Made by a program: the position numbers and the translations under genes
Notes under the pieces: model-generated
Seen by the model: the letters and a program-made list of their open reading frames with translations, nothing else
The model's database searches: none
Told to the model about the DNA's origin: nothing
Virus record (IMG/VR): IMGVR_UViG_3300035670_000151
Location: 52,367 to 72,366 of that record
Source: an uncultured virus (IMG/VR IMGVR_UViG_3300035670_000151)
Taxonomy: Duplodnaviria; Heunggongvirae; Uroviricota; Caudoviricetes
Direction: 5' to 3' (one strand)
Length of the DNA: 20,000 bases
In this document: in pieces, positions 14,780-20,000 of the stretch
Layout: every line of letters starts with the position of its first letter
How positions within the stretch are numbered: position 1 is the first letter of the stretch

Positions 14780-16096
14780 ATGACTACTACCGTAACGTTT
14801 GGCGACGATTTTAAAGACAAAGCACTAGCATTAAACTTACGGGACAGGAACTTTTGCGAACGGGTTGATGGGCTTATTAAGCCTGAATTCTTCGAAAGTG
14901 AAGTGGATAAGTATATTCTAAGTCTTATCCACAATCACTATAAGAAGTATCGTATCAACCCGTCGCCTGTTGCCTTATCCCAGACCTTCAAAGAAGATAA
15001 GGCCAAGGGGCTGTTACGGAAGGAACTAGAAGGCCCCGTAACCACTAAGATTAAAGACCTATATAAAGCGGATATCTCAGACCGCGAATTCATTATCGAG
15101 CGAGTAGCAGAGTTCGTAAGACGACAAGCTACCGAAATGGCGGTCATGGAAGCCGCTGACATCGTAGACAACGGGGGCAACCTCGACAACATTCTACCAA
15201 TCTTCCAGAAAGCTATCGACGTAGGCACTAGCGATCTTAGCAGCGCATACGATTATAACGATGGTGACAGCATTAGACAGCGTAGCGCAATCCGAAAAGC
15301 TCGCTTAGCTGGTGAGATTTCATATAACTCAGTAACAACCGGTTTCAAAGAATTTGACGAAACCCTTTATCGCAAGGGCTGGGGCAAGGGCGAACTGTCC
15401 ATCCTCATGGCTCCCTCAAAGCGCGGTAAGTCAATCGGCCTTCTGGACCACGCTCTAAGAGCCGCCGAAAAGGGTAACAAGGTTCTATTCGTTTCGCTTG
15501 AAGTTTCCACCGAAATTCAGGTTGACCGAATGGACGCCAATATCTCCGGTGTTAAGATGGATAATCTTAATATCGAAATTGACAAGGTGGAAGAGCGGGT
15601 AGCTAAGTGGACTGGTAGAGCAGCTACTTTGAAGCTACATGAATATCCGTCAGGAACATTTAGCGTAAGCCAGCTAAGACGCCTTGTTAAGAAGTATCAA
15701 GCTTTAGGTATCCAGTTCGATCTAGTAGTGGTCGATTACATGGATATTATGCTATCCGAGAACAATGGTGATGGCATCGAGAAGAGCAAGCAGGTAGCAA
15801 TTGATCTAAGAGCGCTGGCGCAGACGGAAAATTTTGCTATCCTTACGGCAACCCAGACCAACCGTTCGGGCGCTGATGTTGACACGGTTACTATGACGCA
15901 TGTTGCTGATGACTTTAATAAGATCAGAACGGCAGACCTTGTTATCACTATCAACGTCAACGAAATCGAACAGGAAACGGGCGAAGCAAGGCTTTACTAC
16001 GCGGCATCCCGTAACCAAAAGCCGGTCACAATTTTCGTTAAGCGTGATCTATCAGTAATGAAGCACATTAAAGAAATTACAGATATTAAAGGATAA
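14780..16096 (+). CDS. Replicative DnaB-like (SF4) DNA helicase
   Basis: TGF, Walker A APSKRGKS, FVSLE, Walker B VVVDY and ATQTNR motifs. Confidence 0.92.
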   Translation: MTTTVTFGDDFKDKALALNLRDRNFCERVDGLIKPEFFESEVDKYILSLIHNHYKKYRINPSPVALSQTFKEDKAKGLLRKELEGPVTTKIKDLYKADISDREFIIERVAEFVRRQATEMAVMEAADIVDNGGNLDNILPIFQKAIDVGTSDLSSAYDYNDGDSIRQRSAIRKARLAGEISYNSVTTGFKEFDETLYRKGWGKGELSILMAPSKRGKSIGLLDHALRAAEKGNKVLFVSLEVSTEIQVDRMDANISGVKMDNLNIEIDKVEERVAKWTGRAATLKLHEYPSGTFSVSQLRRLVKKYQALGIQFDLVVVDYMDIMLSENNGDGIEKSKQVAIDLRALAQTENFAILTATQTNRSGADVDTVTMTHVADDFNKIRTADLVITINVNEIEQETGEARLYYAASRNQKPVTIFVKRDLSVMKHIKEITDIKG

Positions 16097-16098
16097 TT

Positions 16099-16317
16099 AT
16101 GCTATTCGTATCTAAAAAGAAGTATGAAGAAAGTCAGGAACTAGCAGAGTTTTATAAGGCTCTCTTAGAACGGGAACGCGAAAGCCTAGCACAGTCGTTC
16201 TCCAATGTAGAAGCCTATCGCCGTAGTCTTTCTGACATCGTAGCACAGGAAACCGCAGCACCAAACGCTACGGTAACTCGCATTCTAAATATTGCTAAGA
16301 AGGCCCTAGGTCAGTAA
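16099..16317 (+). CDS. Hypothetical protein
   Basis: 72-aa ORF with AAGGA RBS, tightly packed. Confidence 0.7.
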   Translation: MLFVSKKKYEESQELAEFYKALLERERESLAQSFSNVEAYRRSLSDIVAQETAAPNATVTRILNIAKKALGQ

Positions 16318-16478
16318 TGTTTAGGCGCGACCCTTGCAAGAGCAAAGGTCATGACTGGCAGCTTTTTGGATGGTCGGTTATGGGCTTCGGCCCATACCGA
16401 TACCACTATCAATGCTCCCGATGCAAAGGCGTCATCGAAGGGCCAGCACCAGAAGAAGAAGTAGAAGAGGATGAGTGA
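16317..16478 (+). CDS. Small Zn-finger-like protein (53 aa, absent from the ORF track)
   Basis: TAATG coupling to the previous gene. Translation MFRRDPCKSKGHDWQLFGWSVMGFGPYRYHYQCSRCKGVIEGPAPEEEVEEDE shows a CxxxGHxW..CxRC pattern. The ORF fills the gap exactly. Confidence 0.7.
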   Translation: MFRRDPCKSKGHDWQLFGWSVMGFGPYRYHYQCSRCKGVIEGPAPEEEVEEDE

Positions 16479-16929
16479 AGAGTATAGAGTTTGTAGAGTG
16501 TGTGGTGCTAGCAAGCCATTAAGCGATTACTATAAGTGGCGTGATTTCTACAAGAAAGATTGTAAGACATGTTTTATAAACTCTAGAAAAGAATACGACA
16601 AAGTGAAATCTAAAGAAGCAGATCATAATCCAGATCGACACAGGGGATATCTCCTGAAATCCAAATACGGCTTGACCGCAGAAGATTATGATAAACTAGC
16701 CGACCAACAATCTGGCAAGTGCGCTATTTGTAAAGAAGAACAGTTTGGTATTCACCCTAAAACGGGCAATAAGATGCCTTTAGTTGTGGACCATTGCCAT
16801 TCCACCAATGGGGTTCGAGGTTTACTTTGTTCCAATTGCAATAGGGGCTTAGGTATGTTCAAGGATAATTATTTATTTTTGCAAAACGCGATTAGCTATT
16901 TGTTGAATTATGAAAACAGACATCACTAA
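16471..16929 (+). CDS. Free-standing HNH / endonuclease VII-family nuclease (likely homing endonuclease)
   Basis: N-terminal CRVC..CKTC; KYGLT, CAIC, VDHCH and VRGLLCSNCNRGLG motifs. Confidence 0.9.
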   Translation: MSEEYRVCRVCGASKPLSDYYKWRDFYKKDCKTCFINSRKEYDKVKSKEADHNPDRHRGYLLKSKYGLTAEDYDKLADQQSGKCAICKEEQFGIHPKTGNKMPLVVDHCHSTNGVRGLLCSNCNRGLGMFKDNYLFLQNAISYLLNYENRHH

Positions 16930-18019
16930 CTACGATTACGAAAGTGTATTATCCTATTTAGGATACGAATATAGGCTTTCCAGCGGGAACCGTGGATTAC
17001 AGATAAATGTAAAGACGTGTCCCAATTGCCACTCCAATGACTATAAAGTATATTTTAACGCAGAATCATTTTTGGGTAATTGCTTTAGATGCGATGAAAA
17101 ATGGAATTTGTTTAAATTCCTAAATAAGTCTATCGGCGGCCCATCTTCGAATGTTTTTAGATTCTTGGAAAACAACGAATCTATCTTCACTTATAAGCCG
17201 AAAAAGCTCCACCATGTTAGTATCAAAGCTAATAAAGATTGGAAGCTCCCATTAAACCTTAAGATAGAGAACGACGATGACCTACCCGGTTATCTGGTCG
17301 ATAGAGGCATTGATGCTAAGATCGCTAAGAGGTTCGATTTACGAAACTGTCAAGCTGGATTCTACCGATATGAAGATTATCAAGGTAATCGTAGGATGGT
17401 CGATTTTAGTAATCGCATTATCATTCCTATCTACGATGTCGATGGAAAGCCCGCAACCTTTCAAGGCCGCGACATTACAGGAACCTCCCCAAAGAAGTAT
17501 CTCTTTCCCAATATGCTACCGGGAACAGCACGATATATCTACAACGCTCATTACGTCATCAAAAACCGTATCAAAAGAGTCATACTCAATGAAGGCGTAT
17601 TCGATGTGTTCGCCACCACCAAAGCGCTAGAAAGCGAAGTAGGTTATAAAGATTGGGCAGCATGTGGAACGTTCGGTAAGCATTTTAGCATACAGAAGGA
17701 CGTTTATACGGCGGAAGACCAGCTAGCAGACCTAGCAGCAATGAAGGCAGCAGGGGTTGAGGAATTCGTTATCATGTGGGATGGAGAGCCTAAGGCGCGA
17801 ACGGCAGCTATCAAGGCTGCTCTAAAGCTCCGTGCGTATGGTTTCCCGGTCACAGTGGCCCTTGACCTACCGGACGGTTGCGACCCCGCAGAAACAACCC
17901 CGCAGATGGTTCTAAAGGCTCTTAACCAGCGAAGAGTTCCAACGAACATGATGCTAGTCAGAAGTAGGTTAAGTAGTGAACGTATTAGAACAGGCTCAAA
18001 TCCTAAAGAAGACTGCTAA
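16910..18019 (+). CDS. DNA primase (Zn finger + TOPRIM)
   Basis: CPNC..CFRC Zn finger; RIIIP, FQGRDI, KY, EGVFD, WDGE and DPAE motifs. Confidence 0.9.
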   Translation: MKTDITNYDYESVLSYLGYEYRLSSGNRGLQINVKTCPNCHSNDYKVYFNAESFLGNCFRCDEKWNLFKFLNKSIGGPSSNVFRFLENNESIFTYKPKKLHHVSIKANKDWKLPLNLKIENDDDLPGYLVDRGIDAKIAKRFDLRNCQAGFYRYEDYQGNRRMVDFSNRIIIPIYDVDGKPATFQGRDITGTSPKKYLFPNMLPGTARYIYNAHYVIKNRIKRVILNEGVFDVFATTKALESEVGYKDWAACGTFGKHFSIQKDVYTAEDQLADLAAMKAAGVEEFVIMWDGEPKARTAAIKAALKLRAYGFPVTVALDLPDGCDPAETTPQMVLKALNQRRVPTNMMLVRSRLSSERIRTGSNPKEDC

Positions 18020-19724
18020 GATTTTAGCGGGGCAAAACATCAAAGTATACATGGAAGGTTTTGCCCCAAGAGTCGTATATGATCCTAAAACAAAAAAGCC
18101 GAAAACCATTTTTATCCCAGAGCTTCCAGAGGGCGCAACTAGTGCCTTACTGGCAGCAATGCACGGCTATATCGATCATGAATGCGGCCATATCCTTTTA
18201 AGTAGCGGCGATGATATCTGCGATAGCTCTAAAAGCAAGCTATGGCATTATATCCACAACTGCATTGAAGACCCTCGCGTAAATGCTGGCATGTCCAGTA
18301 TCTATCCGGGTTGCGAAGCTAACATTAGGGCTGGCTACAATTATATCTTCAACCGCGAAGATGAGTTCGGAAGCAAGCCTTATTCTTATAGCGCCATCAT
18401 GGAATGCGACAGGAAAGATGAAGAGCAGCTAAAGGACTATCAAGTTCGCTATTCGTCATTATGGTTCGCTAAGAAATCCAACTGTAGATTTAGTAGCGAT
18501 AAATATGATGAGATTAAAGCTAATAAGCTTTTCGATCCTCTTGAAGCTAAAATGAATCCCGCCAAGGTAGAAGCTTTAGCTAGCGTCACCAGTGCGGAAG
18601 ACGTAAGAAACCTTACCGACTATTTCGTAGATTTCTTTTATAAAGAGTTTAGCGAAAGCGAAGATAAAGGTGAAGGTGGGGCAGACGATAGCGAGAAGAA
18701 GAAAGAGCGTAAACCATCGTCTCCTAAACCCCCACGCCTAGAAGACCTTAAAAAGGTAGAGGATGAATTAGCAGAAGCAATCGGGGCGGAAGTCGAGCAT
18801 TTAGCGAAACGAGCGGCTAAAAATTATCACTTCTCGGATCGTTTTGATATCGTGAAGGATAAGAAACAAGTAGCTGCATTAGCTACCCGTTCTATCGCCG
18901 CATTCGAAGATGAGGTTAAGAGGATTTCCAATTACCTCTCTAAAGACCTTAAGAGGCTGCTGGAGAGCCGAAACCGTCGCTGGTATACTGGCGGATGGCG
19001 GTCAGGCAGATTGAACCAGAAAAGCCTCCACAGCGTCAAAACGGGCAATGATCGCATCTTCTCCCGCAAGAGTGAAGTGAGGGACGTAAAAGCCGCCGTA
19101 GGGCTTCTGATCGATATGTCAGGCTCCATGAGAGGCGAGCCGATCAGCATAGCTATGAAATCGGCATATGCTTTTGCTCTTACGCTTGAATCGCTAAAGA
19201 TACCTTATGAGATTTACGGCTTTACTACTGAGCGGTCCGACATTCTAGGTAAGAAGGAAGCATGGGCTAGGGTTAAAGAAACTATTAGTCCTACTCTAGC
19301 CGCGAAAGTCATCAATCCAACCTACCCGGAAGTGATATACCCGTTTAAGAAGTTTGGCGATAACTTCGATCTTGATAGTAAGAAAGCGATGATTAACATT
19401 GCCAAGGGAAGCGGTAACTTACAGGAAAACGAAGACTCCTATCACGTCAAGCGGGCACTAGAGAGGTTAGCGGTAAGACCGGAAGAGCAGAAGACGCTAT
19501 TTGTTTTCAGCGACGGTTCACCAGCCTTCCTAGGCGATACTAAGAAAAGCCAAGAAATGCTTAAGTATTTAGACAGCGTAAGCCAGTCTAAATATGGGGT
19601 TGATATATTCGGCATAGGCATTAAGAGTAATTCTGTTAGTAATTACTATAAGAATTACAAAGTAATTAAGCAATTAGGCGACCTACCAGCAGCATTGTTC
19701 GGGTTCCTGAAAACAAGGATTTAA
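17976..19724 (+). CDS. CobT-like vWA protein with N-terminal HEXXH metallopeptidase-like domain
   Basis: DHECGH..NCIEDPRV, acidic/basic linker, SGRLN, MIDAS motif DMSGS and FSDGSP. Confidence 0.88.
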   Translation: MNVLEQAQILKKTAKILAGQNIKVYMEGFAPRVVYDPKTKKPKTIFIPELPEGATSALLAAMHGYIDHECGHILLSSGDDICDSSKSKLWHYIHNCIEDPRVNAGMSSIYPGCEANIRAGYNYIFNREDEFGSKPYSYSAIMECDRKDEEQLKDYQVRYSSLWFAKKSNCRFSSDKYDEIKANKLFDPLEAKMNPAKVEALASVTSAEDVRNLTDYFVDFFYKEFSESEDKGEGGADDSEKKKERKPSSPKPPRLEDLKKVEDELAEAIGAEVEHLAKRAAKNYHFSDRFDIVKDKKQVAALATRSIAAFEDEVKRISNYLSKDLKRLLESRNRRWYTGGWRSGRLNQKSLHSVKTGNDRIFSRKSEVRDVKAAVGLLIDMSGSMRGEPISIAMKSAYAFALTLESLKIPYEIYGFTTERSDILGKKEAWARVKETISPTLAAKVINPTYPEVIYPFKKFGDNFDLDSKKAMINIAKGSGNLQENEDSYHVKRALERLAVRPEEQKTLFVFSDGSPAFLGDTKKSQEMLKYLDSVSQSKYGVDIFGIGIKSNSVSNYYKNYKVIKQLGDLPAALFGFLKTRI

Positions 19725-19725
19725 A

Positions 19726-20000
19726 GTGGAATTAGTAAAAATCACAGACTTATTCGGCATTAGGGAATCCGATGCTGTTAAGAATGGTAGTGGCGAAGTT
19801 ATTGAGTTCGCCAAACTGCCAGATAGAACCGATGGCACCGAAAAATATATACCTAAACGCAAGTCAAACTATGTGTTCGACACTAGCGAGCTTATTGATA
19901 TTGGTATCGCTCTCGACCGTAATAAGCCTCTTTTAATCTGGGGCCTACACGGTTCGGGCAAGTCTACTGTTATTATGCAGTTCGCTAACCGCGTTAACCG
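19726..20000 (+). CDS. CobS/MoxR-type AAA+ ATPase, N-terminal fragment (3' truncated; absent from the ORF track)
   Basis: GTG at 19726 after AAGGA. Translation MELVKITDLFG...YIPKRKSNYVFD...PLLIWGLHGSGKSTVIMQFANRVN includes a Walker A motif; it follows a vWA gene. Confidence 0.88.
   Translation, partial: MELVKITDLFGIRESDAVKNGSGEVIEFAKLPDRTDGTEKYIPKRKSNYVFDTSELIDIGIALDRNKPLLIWGLHGSGKSTVIMQFANRVN

Noticed and set aside
16317..16929. Group I intron carrying the HNH gene
   Set aside because: The flanking ORFs look complete and overlap the HNH gene, leaving no room for an intron core, and no split gene is evident.
14780..18019. Inteins in helicase or primase
   Set aside because: Lengths are normal and no intein splice motifs interrupt the conserved blocks.
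637..19150. Minus-strand and alternate-frame ORFs in the track (e.g. 5669-6115, 6445-6843, 17277-17630)
   Set aside because: They are shadows of well-supported plus-strand genes, favoured by low-complexity repeats, and carry no recognisable motifs.
1..20000. TAG stop-codon reassignment (TAG trinucleotides are abundant and no called gene ends in TAG)
   Set aside because: All genes are intact under code 11 with no in-frame TAG. The TAGs mostly come from CTA-G junctions in other frames, so there is no positive evidence of recoding.
17976..20000. Cobalamin biosynthesis genes (cobT/cobS) as metabolic auxiliary genes
   Set aside because: No cobN or other cob genes are present here, and phage vWA/MoxR pairs are commonly mislabelled this way.

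Overview
This is a gene-dense, all plus-strand segment of a tailed dsDNA phage (siphovirus-type) that probably infects a Gram-negative host. Positions 1-11366 hold a lambda-like tail-tip module: tape-measure C-terminus, gpM/Dit-like, gpL-like, NlpC/P60 gpK-like, and a 2986-aa fused gpI+gpJ central tail fibre in which six putative carbohydrate-binding domains alternate with Ala/Ser/Asn-rich linkers. Positions 11366-13069 carry an HEXXH lipoprotein, two small ORFs and a holin/two-spanin cassette with no endolysin. An extremely AT-rich spacer with a perfect 16-bp inverted repeat follows at 13070-13219. Positions 13220-20000 hold a replication/accessory block: exonuclease, PhoH, DnaB-like helicase, small ORFs, EndoVII-type HNH nuclease, primase, CobT-like vWA protein and the start of a CobS/MoxR AAA+ ATPase. 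From memory this block resembles SSU5/pHCM2-type phage-plasmids. The most notable signals are the modular, compositionally mosaic fibre, the metalloprotease-like lipoprotein next to it, apparent absence of CCWGG and several 6-bp palindromes alongside abundant CTAG/CTA, and the palindromic AT-rich spacer. All calls come from motif reading by eye; no searches were run.
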